Assembly (NCBI GenBank): GCA_000092065.1 | Contig: CP000582.1 | Length of the DNA: 64,000 bases | From: Ostreococcus lucimarinus | Taxonomy: Eukaryota | Direction: 5' to 3' (one strand) | Shown here: in pieces, positions 8,431 through 17,933 of the stretch | Numbering within the stretch: the stretch's first letter is position 1 | Layout of the letters: each line of letters starts with the position of its first letter | The notes under the pieces: generated by a model | What the model was told of the DNA's origin: nothing | The model's database searches: none | Seen by the model: only the letters and a program-made list of their open reading frames with translations | Translations under genes and position numbers: made by a program

Positions 8431-11013
8431 ATGCCGCCCGCGACGTCGTCCGACTTCGCTCGTCGCGCGCGCGCGATAGAAAATGCGATACTGCGCCTCG
8501 CCGGAGACAGCACGCGCGCCATCACGCCCGAAATCGCGCGCGAGACGGTGGCGAAGCTCGACGAAGCGCCGCGATTGGATGCGCGATTGGACGAAAACGA
8601 CGCGCGGTGCGTCGAACACGCGTGGCACCGCGCCGCGGTGGCGCTCGTGCGCGAAGCGCAAACGCGGGGCGTCGGAGTGATGCGGTATGGCGGTGGGAAG
8701 GAGGTGGTGGAGGCGACGGATCGGGACGGGACGAGCGGACGCGCGGCGTTGGCGCGGTTGTTCGAACACGCGTTGACGCTCGTTGAAGCGAGCGAGAGCG
8801 CGGTGAGCGGAGGGATGATTTTCACGACGATTGAGATCGTGCTCGAGGCGTGCACGATCGCGGAGGCGGAGGACGTGCTGCTGTGGTGCGATGAGAATAA
8901 GACGCGCCTGCGAGAGACGACGATTTGGAAAAAGGGCAAACTGCCGACGCTTCGAATGTTGATCGCGCTCGCGAAGCGGTGCGTGGGGCGAAGCTCGGAC
9001 GAGGCACGGGTGAAAGGGCGGGCGTTGGTTTTGATAAGCTGGTTCATGGGTCTGAGCGATCGATCGGGGATGAATAAGAATGGCGATAGTAATCCGGAGA
9101 CGACGGCTATTTTTGAGCAAGAGGAGTGGTTGCGGGAAGAGCTCGAGGACGGCGTCGGGGTGGATGCGGACGCGAAGATTAAGATGGAGGTCGACAGCGG
9201 CGAAGGTGATGTAGCAGCAGACGACGACGACAACGAGTTTGGCGTAGACGACGCGTTTCATCGCACGTTTTGGTCGCTCCAGCAGTATTTTCAAGACCCG
9301 CCGACGACGATGTCCAAAAATGGCGCGTGGAATAGCTTTCACGCCATCTTGTGCGTGGTTCTGGACAAGTTCGAGGCGTTCCCTCTGGGTGAGACGGCGG
9401 GAACGATTGACGAGGAGCCAGAATCGGAAAAGCGAAAAATGATTGGGCATCGCTTTCTCACCGCGAGACGCCTGCTGCCTTTGCAGATGCAGGATTTCGT
9501 GTTTCGTCGTCAAATTTTAATTCAGGCGGTCTTCTTCTTACAGTATATGGATAACGAAAAGTTTAAGGAGCACGTCGTGGACGACGAAGTCACGGAATTG
9601 TCCGAGCGAGTGATGAAGATCTTGAAACGCACCGGACCGAACGCCGTCGCCGACGCTGGCATCATCGAGAACGCCTTGGAAGACGAGTTGAGTTGGCGCA
9701 AGTGGAAAGAGCAAGGTTGCCCGAGCTTTGAGAAGCAACCGATCGATTTCGAGACCGAACCGATGCCTGATAATTGGGACAAAAAGTATTCGAACTGGCC
9801 GCCCGATCAGTATCCACCCGATGATCCAAATCTGAAACACGATTTCGATCACCCAGAGCTCAACCGATTGTGGAATTTAGGCGAAGACGATCCGAATGGG
9901 ACGTCTGTGGACGCCTTGAAAGAGGTGAGCGTGGAGGAGTTCTTGAAACCGTGCCTGGAAGAGATGGATCCTTCGCAACAAGTTGAAGCTGAATACAGAA
10001 GAGTCAATGACCCGACGTTTAGATGGAAAGCCATGCGCATGCTCTCAAAGAACCACTTGCACTTGTTCCCAAAAATCGCCGCGGAGGGATTGGAGAGCGT
10101 CGTTCCAGATATTTTGGGAGTCCCAGACCCTCGGCCGCCGAAAGAAAAGAGTGAAGAAGAGCTGGCAAAGGAATCAAAACCCGCGGAGGAAGGTAATGTC
10201 GGCACTGGCGGCAAGCATAACCTTCTCGGTTCTCACGACGAGGTGCTCGACGGCGCGCTGGAGCCAATCGAAGGTGACGTCGACATGGAAGAGGAAGAGA
10301 AGCAACCTCCGGTAGTCGAGAAAGCTACAGACGAAGCGAAAGTTGAAGATAAGCCGAAATTCACGCCACCACCACCGCGTCATACAGTGCCGAAGGATGC
10401 TCCGGCCACGGAATCGGCCGCCAAGGAAACGCCAGTTAAAGACGAACCCGTTCAGGACAAGAAGAGAGAGCGGTCACCGGAACCGAGCCAGGAGACGATA
10501 AAATCAGACGATACGGCGCGCCAACAAGGCGGTCGAGGTGGTCGAGGCGGTCGAGGTGGCCGAGGTGGTCGAAGTCAAGGCAATGGGCGCGGAGGAAGAG
10601 GCGGAAGACAGCGAGTGACTGCGGTGCGACCGCCGCCACGCCAACGTTCGCCGCCGCGTCAACGTTCGCCGCCGCGTCAACGTTCGCCGCCGCGTCAACG
10701 TTCGCCGCCGCGACAGCCGCAGTCGCAGCATAATCGTCGCGAGCCTGCCGGCGGACGCGGTGGGCAGCGATACTCCAATCCTCGCCAACAGGGCGGACAA
10801 CAGCAACAGTATCAGCGACAAGGCGGTCGTGGGCAGCAGCAAAACGCGCCCGCTCCTCCTGCACGTCAGCAGCAAAATCTCGGTAAACGCCGACGAGACG
10901 ATGGTCCAGATGCTGGTTCGCAACAAGCGCCGGCGGACCGAGGCAGACCCCGTGCGCGTGGAAATCAAGGTCAGAGATTCTCTCGACCGCAACATAGAAA
11001 TAATAGGCGATAG
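8431..11013 (+). CDS. THOC1: THO complex subunit 1 (THOC1/HPR1) homologue with RGG/RS-like C-terminal tail
   Basis: Track ORF starts at 8236 inside the kinase gene. First ATG outside it is 8431 (verified). Collinear with human THOC1: GRALVLISWFMGLSDRSGMN vs GRIQLFLARLFPLSEKSGLN; FHRTFWSLQQYF vs YRKFWSLQDYF; FRRQILIQAVFFLQYM vs FRRHILLQYLILFQYL; WRKWKEQGCPSF vs WNSWKNEGCPSF; ELNRLWNLGEDD vs ELTRLWNLCPDN; NDPTFRWKAMRMLSKN vs NNSNYGWRALRLLARR. C-terminus has (GGR)n and 4 x PRQRSPP instead of a death domain. Confidence 0.85.
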   Translation: MPPATSSDFARRARAIENAILRLAGDSTRAITPEIARETVAKLDEAPRLDARLDENDARCVEHAWHRAAVALVREAQTRGVGVMRYGGGKEVVEATDRDGTSGRAALARLFEHALTLVEASESAVSGGMIFTTIEIVLEACTIAEAEDVLLWCDENKTRLRETTIWKKGKLPTLRMLIALAKRCVGRSSDEARVKGRALVLISWFMGLSDRSGMNKNGDSNPETTAIFEQEEWLREELEDGVGVDADAKIKMEVDSGEGDVAADDDDNEFGVDDAFHRTFWSLQQYFQDPPTTMSKNGAWNSFHAILCVVLDKFEAFPLGETAGTIDEEPESEKRKMIGHRFLTARRLLPLQMQDFVFRRQILIQAVFFLQYMDNEKFKEHVVDDEVTELSERVMKILKRTGPNAVADAGIIENALEDELSWRKWKEQGCPSFEKQPIDFETEPMPDNWDKKYSNWPPDQYPPDDPNLKHDFDHPELNRLWNLGEDDPNGTSVDALKEVSVEEFLKPCLEEMDPSQQVEAEYRRVNDPTFRWKAMRMLSKNHLHLFPKIAAEGLESVVPDILGVPDPRPPKEKSEEELAKESKPAEEGNVGTGGKHNLLGSHDEVLDGALEPIEGDVDMEEEEKQPPVVEKATDEAKVEDKPKFTPPPPRHTVPKDAPATESAAKETPVKDEPVQDKKRERSPEPSQETIKSDDTARQQGGRGGRGGRGGRGGRSQGNGRGGRGGRQRVTAVRPPPRQRSPPRQRSPPRQRSPPRQRSPPRQPQSQHNRREPAGGRGGQRYSNPRQQGGQQQQYQRQGGRGQQQNAPAPPARQQQNLGKRRRDDGPDAGSQQAPADRGRPRARGNQGQRFSRPQHRNNRR
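10631..10716. repeat. about 4 x 21-bp coding tandem repeat (CCGCCGCGTCAACGTTCGCCG)
   Basis: Direct nucleotide repeat inside THOC1 encoding PPRQRSP units. Preceded by a GGTCGAGGTGGTCGAGGCGGTCGAGGTGGCCGAGGTGG run that encodes RGG repeats. Confidence 0.8.
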
Positions 11014-11076
11014 CACTTCAGAAATAATACTGTAGATACAATCACACCTAACTTTTTGACTAAAAGTTGACACTCG

Positions 11077-12024
11077 CTAATCGCTATTGCTATCGTTATC
11101 GCTGTCGTAAGCCGCGAAGAATCCCATATCTGGCCGATCTTGGTGTCGTTTCTCTTCGACAGAGTCCGCCGGCGCCACTGGCGGCGGGGCGACTTCGTCT
11201 TCGTCGTCTTCGTCGTCCACGGGCGACAAAGATGCCAAAGCCGCACGTCGGTCGATGACCTTCTTACCGGAATCCGCCCATGGGAACATCCACAGCGGCT
11301 CATCCACACCCTTCGTGCCGGTGAAGAAGTCGTTGTTCACGAAGAAACGAAACAGTTGCAACAAACGCTGTTCATCGCGCTTAATCTCCTTGTCCAACAA
11401 TTTCTTCAGTAACGTCTGGGGATTGCCACCTCCATCTGCCGCGGATGATTTTCTTTCCGTCACCTCATGCTTGAACGGACATCGCGCGCCCGCCTTGCAC
11501 CGACCTCGGGCAAAGAATCGACACTTTTGATCTTTATTCGGCGCAGATTCGTGTTTGAAATCGCACGCCGAACCTTTTCGACACCCACCCTGCAACCAAA
11601 ATCGACACACTTTGCTCCCATCCGCCGCGCGCGCTTCTACACCCTTACCATCAAGCGCGGCGGGCGCCGCGACACCGCCCTCCTCTTCGCCAATTTCTTG
11701 CGAAGCTTCAAAATGTCCCATCTCGCGCTGTTTCGCCAAAATCTCCCTCAACCGTTCCCGCCGCGCCGCTCTCGCACGCTCTTCCTCCTCCCCCGCCTCC
11801 GTCTTCGCGCGCACGTTTCGATCGCTCGGCCAATACTTCGCTCGTTCCTCTCGATACCGTCGCACGTCCTCGGGCAACGACGATGGATCGACGACTTTAA
11901 CTTCCGCCATCATCGCCGCCGCATTCGCGTCGGCGATGGATGCGCTCTTCATCTCTCGTTTCGCCTTCGCCTTCGCCTTCGCCACCGACGCGTGACGATC
12001 GCCATCAGCACCCTTACGTTTCGT

Positions 12025-12057
<33 letters not shown>

Positions 12058-12339
12058 GGGGCCCGCGCCTCGCGCCGTCGTAACCGCCGCGCCGCTCGCC
12101 GTCGCCGGCGCCATCGCTCCCGGCGGCACGTACCCCAACGGCGCCCCCGGCGGCACGTACACGTTCGCGTACGCGCCCACGCCGCTCGCGACGCCGCCGA
12201 CGTACACGTACGTCGCGTGCGCGGGCGGCGCGCCCGCGATGGGCGCGCGCGCGGCATCATAATTCAACGCCGCGTCGCGTCGCCCGTCGATCGGTGGCGG
12301 CGGCGGCGGCGGTGGCGGTGGCGTCCTGTTCGTCGACAT
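11077..12339 (-). CDS. tandem CCCH-type zinc-finger protein
   Basis: ATG verified (CAT 12337-12339). Two C-x8-C-x5-C-x3-H fingers (CRFWLQGGCRKGSACDFKH, CRFFARGRCKAGARCPFKH). Poly-Pro and poly-Thr N-terminus, acidic C-terminus. Confidence 0.7.
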
Positions 12340-12510
12340 CGTCGCGCGCGCGCGACGGCGCGCGATCGCGGTGCGCGTCGAGATGTGACGCTCCCCGCGC
12401 GGCGGCGGCGGCGGCGTTCGCGCCGTCGCCGCGCGCGCGTCGAGGCGGCGCTCGATGGGCGATGAAACGCGACGGAAACGCGATGTGCTGACTACAAGCG
12501 AGAGTTGGGT

Positions 12511-13485
12511 TTAGGGGCGAGCAGGGGCGATCGCGCGCTCGAGCCTGTCCTCTCTCGAGCGCACGGTTTCGACGCGCGCGGCGACGATGCGTTCGTACGC
12601 GGCGCGCGCCGCCGGCGGCGCCGCGTCTTTAAACTTTTCGATTCCCAACACGCCCGCGGCTAAGACTTGAGATTGGAAGAATTCGACGCGTTTTTGAGCG
12701 TTCGCCGCGCCGCGAACGCCGGCCGGAGGTGGCTTTAAAGTCAGACCGTATCCCGGTTTGGTCTTCTCGCGCGCGCCGCGCGAGCCGCCCAGGGGCACGG
12801 CGACGTTGAGCACGGTGAGCGGACGGTGTCGCATCGGCCGCTCCTTCGTCGCCGGCGCGTACCCCGCCGCGAGTAAAGCCTCGGCACCGAACTGCGCCGT
12901 CATCGCGTCTCGATCGTCGTAATCCACGCCGCTCCGTCGCGCCGCTTCGCACAAAATCATCCCCGGCGAGCACACGTCGAGCACCTTGCCCTCGATCTCC
13001 AACCACGCGTGCGCCGTCGCCTCGCTCGCGTCCTCCGTCATCGCGCACAGCGCGTACCCCACGCGCACTCGCACCTCGCGCCGATCGCCGTTCCTCTTCA
13101 TCGCCTCCTCGAGCGCGAGCGAAATCAACAAACTCTCCGCGCCTCGAAAATCCTCGTCCTCCGCCCCGAATCCACCCTCCGCGGGATCCATCCCCGACGC
13201 CACCACCGCCTCGATCGCCGTCGCCGCGAGCGCGCACGCGACGCGATCTCGCAATCGCATCGTCGCCGACGTCGTCGCCGTCGCGTACGCGCAATCCGCC
13301 AACGAGTGCGCGCGCGACGTCGGCGTCGCCGTCGCGATGTCGCGCGCGATGTCCCGCACGTCCTCGCGCGTCGACGCCGACGTCGCGCCGCGTCTCGCGC
13401 GCGTCCCTCGTCCCGCGCGGTGTCTCGCGCGCGTCGTCGGCGTCGTCTTCGTCAGACGCGTCGGCATCGGCATCGGCATCGTCAT
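12511..13485 (-). CDS. hypothetical protein, possible transglutaminase-like Cys/His/Asp core
   Basis: ATG verified (CAT 13483-13485), starts MTMPMPMP. Non-repetitive region with GYALCAMT...HAWLEIEGKVLD. Family assignment is weak. Confidence 0.45.
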   Translation of the reverse strand: MTMPMPMPTRLTKTTPTTRARHRAGRGTRARRGATSASTREDVRDIARDIATATPTSRAHSLADCAYATATTSATMRLRDRVACALAATAIEAVVASGMDPAEGGFGAEDEDFRGAESLLISLALEEAMKRNGDRREVRVRVGYALCAMTEDASEATAHAWLEIEGKVLDVCSPGMILCEAARRSGVDYDDRDAMTAQFGAEALLAAGYAPATKERPMRHRPLTVLNVAVPLGGSRGAREKTKPGYGLTLKPPPAGVRGAANAQKRVEFFQSQVLAAGVLGIEKFKDAAPPAARAAYERIVAARVETVRSREDRLERAIAPARP

Positions 13486-14051
13486 CGCGTCGTCGTCGTC
13501 GTCGTCGTCGCGCCCGCGAGCCCGTCCGCCGTCGTAGACGCGATCGCGTCGCGCGCGCGTCGCGCCGTGTCGACGCCCGCGCGCCGGCCGGCCTACGCGC
13601 GGGTCGACCGAACGCCGTCGACCGCCCGCGCGCGCGGGCGACGCGACACAAAGAGACGTCTGTTGACCATATTAAAGACGATGTAAAGTCTATGAAAAAA
13701 CACAGCAGACGTCATACATAAACCACCACCAAGCGGCGCGGAGGGGGACGACGCGGCGACCGACCGACCGAAAACACGCGAATGCATACATCGACGCATT
13801 ATACACATATATATCCCCATATACATCACAAACCAACGGTATTTATTTTATGCGCGTCTACGCGAAAACACCCACCGCCGGCGAAAAAAAACGCGCGTCG
13901 CCCGTCGACACGACCGCGACGCGATTCCATCCGTTGGGATTCAATTCATTCGCGCATTCGCGCGCGTCCGCACAGCACGCCTCGTCGCGCCCGCGCTCGC
14001 GTCCCTCGACGTTCGGCGCTTCAAGCACTCTCAAACACTTACGACCGCACG

Positions 14052-14695
14052 ATGGTGGCCAAGGCCCCGGCGAAGCGCAAGCCCGCGGCGAAGAAACCGG
14101 CGGCGAAGAAGAAACCAGCGGCGAAGAAGAAGCCCGCGGTGAAGAAGACGACGGCGACGAAGAAGAAGGCGGCGCCGAAGAAGAAGCCGGCGGGTGCGTA
14201 TACGTGACGCGGCGGTGATCGCGCGACGCGGGGGCGCGCGCGGCGCGGCGCGCTCGACGCGCGACGACGCGCGAAGAAGAATTGTGCGCGAATGCGATCG
14301 CGCGCGAAATTAAGGGATTGCGCGCGCGCGCGAGACGCGCGAGCGAAGGGGGAGAAGAGGGACTGACGACGTGTGATTTGAACGCGACAGCCAAGAAACC
14401 GGCGGCGAAGAAGAAGCCGGCGGCGAAGAAGAAGCCGGCGGCGAAGAAGAAGCCAGCGGGTGCGTGTAGAGGGGGGGCGGCGCGCGACGACGCGGAGGCG
14501 CGAATCGCGCGCGCCAGCTCATCTCGAAATCGCCGCGCGCGAGGAAGAAGAGAGGACTGACGAGACGATGATTTTCGCGCGATCGCAGCCAAGAAGAAGC
14601 CCGCGGCCAAGAAGAAGCCGGCGGCTAAGAAGAAGCCGGCGGCCAAGAAGAAGCCGGCGGCCAAGAAGGCCAAGGCCAAGGCTTCCAAGAAGTGA
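14052..14695 (+). CDS. lysine-rich histone-H1-like protein (KKKPAA repeats, no globular domain); three exons
   Basis: join(14052..14193,14391..14459,14589..14695). Both introns are phase 1 and start GTGCGT, carry GGACTGACGA and end CAG. Both junction codons are GCC. The spliced product is a 105-aa Ala/Lys/Pro repeat protein ending KAKAKASKK. The ORF track shows the exons as separate fragments (13782..14207, 14282..14560) and a long antisense ORF. Confidence 0.7.
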
Positions 14696-15214
14696 GGCGT
14701 GTTTCTGCGCTCGGCCGAGCGTTTACGAACGCTTCTCGCCTCGGCGGGAATTGAAGTGGAAATAGAGCGAGACAACACTTGTCGCGGGTTTGAAGTTTTC
14801 GTGGACGACGTCGCGGTCGTGTCCCTTTTGGACATGCCCCGACCGTTCGTGAAGCTTCGAGCGCTCGATCTCGAACGAGTCGCAAAGGATGTAAGTTCTT
14901 TGTGCGCGTAGTAGATCGAGTAGCGACGGCGTCGTCTGGACGCGCGTCCCGAATAAAATTTTAACGTAATAATGAAGACACACTCTGGTCTCATGCATGA
15001 TACTATATAACGACGACTACGACGCGCGATCGATCGAGTGACGCCGCGGAGGCTAAACTCGCGATTTCGCGAGCGTTCCCGCGGTCGATTGAACTTCGAA
15101 AGGTTGCGTCATTCTAGAGACAATTGTAACGAAGGATTTCGCGTCTCGTCGAAAACCCCGTTTGAACGCGCGCGCGAGCGGAGTGGAATGAACGACAATG
15201 CGCGCGCGCGTCGA

Positions 15215-17221
15215 TCACGACGCGCGCGAAAAGAGAACGCGATGCAAACCCTTAATCTCTCGCACGTCCGCGCGCAAGAGTTCGCGAACGTCATCGTCTG
15301 CGAACACGCTCGGACGCTCCGAACCGCCCGCGCCCTCTCGCCGCTCGAGCTCGCGGAGCGCCTCGGCTATGGCCTCGCCTTTGCTCTCGCCTCGACGCAC
15401 GCGACGGACGTTTGGCGCGCGAACGCCGTGTGTTTTCAAATACACCTCGATCGCTTCGACGTTCGAGTTCCTCGTGATCACGAACGCGCGCGCGTCGTGC
15501 GAGGTAAGCAAGCCCACCAAGTCGGCGTCTCGCGACTTGAGCTCGCACGCCCGGCGCAACCCCGCGGGATCGAGCTCGCGGAAGTTCTTTGGAAGCGGCG
15601 ATGCGCCGGCTTTTGTGGCGCATATCGTGCGGTCGAAATCTAAGAAGACGCAGTACGCGTCGAGTGTTTCCACGAGCTGGACGACGTCCTCGGCATCGCC
15701 GCGTGATATGCCGCAAATTTCGCAAGAGGCCTCGCGCTCGCACTTGAGGCACCGCCTCGAGTGCCGGCACCACGCCTCGCGAAGACACGAAGAAGTCACG
15801 GGACAGCGCCCTTCGTTTCGCGCGGTTTCTTCGCACACCATGCACGTGTTCGCCGTGACCCACAAATTTGAGAACGAGCGCTCGCACGTCCCGCAACGAT
15901 GGGTGCCGGTGACGTGGAGTAAGCGCCCGTCGCTCGCGCCGGCGAGGTCGCTCGAGGCGACCGCCGCCGTCATCCCCGCGTAGAATTTTTGCGTCGTCTG
16001 GGTGTACTGATTGATGATCTTGGCCAGCGCGAAATCATCGGGCACGAACGACGTGGTATTAATACTATCTCCCGAAGCGAACAAAACCTTCGTGGGCTCA
16101 TCGAGGATCTTCTGGATCCACTTTGTCGTCTCTCGAAGCGCCGGCGCCGCCCCCTCGAGGGCGTTCGCCCCTCGGTCGACCACGCACGCGCGTTGAAGTT
16201 TGTCCAACGCTTCGCGCGATGGAGGTATTTTCGCCCCGCTCGTGTCGAAGTCGTCGCGTAAGATATCGTCCGGTGTCGCGTGATCTTTGCGAAGCCTCGC
16301 GGCGAGCGTCTCAGAGTTTTGGGCGATTTCATTCGCGAAGCGTAAAAACTCCCTCAGTTCGGCTCGAATCCAGAGCGCCTTCGTCGCCCCTCGAGCGATG
16401 AGAGAAAGCTCGATAAATCGAACGTAATGCGCCGGGAGATTGAGCTCTTCGCGCACGCGAGTCATGATATGCTCGAAATCTTTCGTCAGCGCAGGCGTCA
16501 TCGCCCGCGCGTCCATCGCCGCCGGCGGCGCGACGGTCAAATCTTTCAATGATTCCTCGACGGCGTCCGATGATGACTCAGCGCCGCCGATTCGAGCGGC
16601 ATCGGCGGCGGCTTTGCCGACGTATCCGTGCGTCACCAACGACCGTGGCATCGACGCCAACCGACGCGGACGACTCAAATTTGGATGTCTCGGCACGCAG
16701 CATATCTGCTTCGTGAAAACGCGCCCATCGAAGATCGCTTTGGCGGCGCCCAAACACCGCCCCCTCGCCGTGCAAATCTCGCGATATCTCGCCGCGTCGA
16801 CGTACCCGGAGGCTTGCCCAAAGTCTCCTCTATAAAATGTCATCAATCGTCGCAAACGCATCTCCAACACCTCTATCTCGTATTGCGAATGTAACAACAC
16901 CTTCTTTAGGTTCACGCAATTCCTCCTCGTCCCGAACGCATCGCTCACCGCGCCCGCGCGGTCGATGAATTCCGCCACCGCGCCGCCGAGCCGCGAACCG
17001 AAGACGCCGACGACGTCTCTTCGCACTAAATCCCACCTTCCTTGCTCAAAAGTCAAGATATTTCTCGCGTCAACGTCCAGCACACACTGTCCAGGTATCG
17101 CATCGCGCGTCTCTCCGCCGTAAAGCGCCCTCACGCGCCGTTCGAACGTCTCCGCGTCCTCGTCGCCGCGACGCGCCGCGAGCGCGTTCGCGGCGTCTGC
17201 GAGCGTCGTCGAGACCACCAT
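15215..17221 (-). CDS. hypothetical protein with Cys-rich module and C-terminal HAD-superfamily hydrolase-like domain
   Basis: Track ORF 15215..17425 starts at GTG. First ATG is at 17219-17221 (verified), MVVSTTLADA. C-terminal region has HRCGTCERSF...CMVCEE...CLKCERE...CEICG, then FLDFDRTI (DxDxT motif I), VITRNS, GESKG and FADDD consistent with HAD motifs II-IV. Confidence 0.55.
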   Translation of the reverse strand: MVVSTTLADAANALAARRGDEDAETFERRVRALYGGETRDAIPGQCVLDVDARNILTFEQGRWDLVRRDVVGVFGSRLGGAVAEFIDRAGAVSDAFGTRRNCVNLKKVLLHSQYEIEVLEMRLRRLMTFYRGDFGQASGYVDAARYREICTARGRCLGAAKAIFDGRVFTKQICCVPRHPNLSRPRRLASMPRSLVTHGYVGKAAADAARIGGAESSSDAVEESLKDLTVAPPAAMDARAMTPALTKDFEHIMTRVREELNLPAHYVRFIELSLIARGATKALWIRAELREFLRFANEIAQNSETLAARLRKDHATPDDILRDDFDTSGAKIPPSREALDKLQRACVVDRGANALEGAAPALRETTKWIQKILDEPTKVLFASGDSINTTSFVPDDFALAKIINQYTQTTQKFYAGMTAAVASSDLAGASDGRLLHVTGTHRCGTCERSFSNLWVTANTCMVCEETARNEGRCPVTSSCLREAWCRHSRRCLKCEREASCEICGISRGDAEDVVQLVETLDAYCVFLDFDRTICATKAGASPLPKNFRELDPAGLRRACELKSRDADLVGLLTSHDARAFVITRNSNVEAIEVYLKTHGVRAPNVRRVRRGESKGEAIAEALRELERREGAGGSERPSVFADDDVRELLRADVREIKGLHRVLFSRAS

Positions 17222-17933
17222 CGATGACGTCGTCCGCGCGCACCACCGCGCGCGCGTCTCGCGCCGCCGAGCGTCGACTCGAGCGCAATCACCCACGACG
17301 CGCGCGCGCGCGTCGCTCGTTCGCGCGCTCGCGTCGCGCGCGCGCCTCCGGACCGCCGCTTTCGTCGCCGCGCGTCGTCGCGCGTCGTCGTCGACGCCGA
17401 GACGTTCGATTTCGCGCGCATCCACCGCGCCGACGACGCGATCTCACCGCCCGCGCTCGCCGCGCAGACGCGCAAACGCGCCCCTTCTTTTCGTCCCGCG
17501 CGCCTCCCGCGCCCGGCGTCCCGCGCCCGCGTCGCGCACTCGCGCCGCGCGCCGCGCGCGACGCGCGCGCGTCGATCCCCTCGCGCGCGCGCGCGTCCGA
17601 CCGACCGCCTCCACGTATTCCGCGCGCGAAACGCCCATCAAAGTGGAATCAGAACCGACGAACGCCGATCGTCTCGCGCGATGGCGTTCGCGACGCGCCG
17701 AGTACGGCGTTCGCGACGCGCGTCGCGCGCTAAATTCGCGAGTCCCGCGCGTCGAGTCGCGACCGGTCGCGGGGGCGCGGGCCCCGCGACTCTTTGAATT
17801 CTTAGACGTTTCAGACCTTGAATACGAGATCATCGATCGTTCGGGACTCAACAGCGTGGGACTCCCCATCGGCGCGATTCAAATTCGCCCGTTGGCCGCG
17901 CTTCGGTCCCCTCGCGTCACAGCGCGACGCGAC

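Noticed and set aside
11014-11076. AACTTTT-TGAC-TAAAAGTT inverted repeat between convergent THOC1 and CCCH genes as a terminator hairpin
   Set aside because: Only a 7-bp stem in an AT-rich 63-bp convergent interval. Too short to claim function, so noted only.
13858-14994. 378-aa reverse ORF with FFLAAG/FFFAAG repeats
   Set aside because: Exact antisense of the KKKPAA repeat exons of the H1-like gene. The plus-strand reading has an ATG, conserved splice signals and a coherent product.
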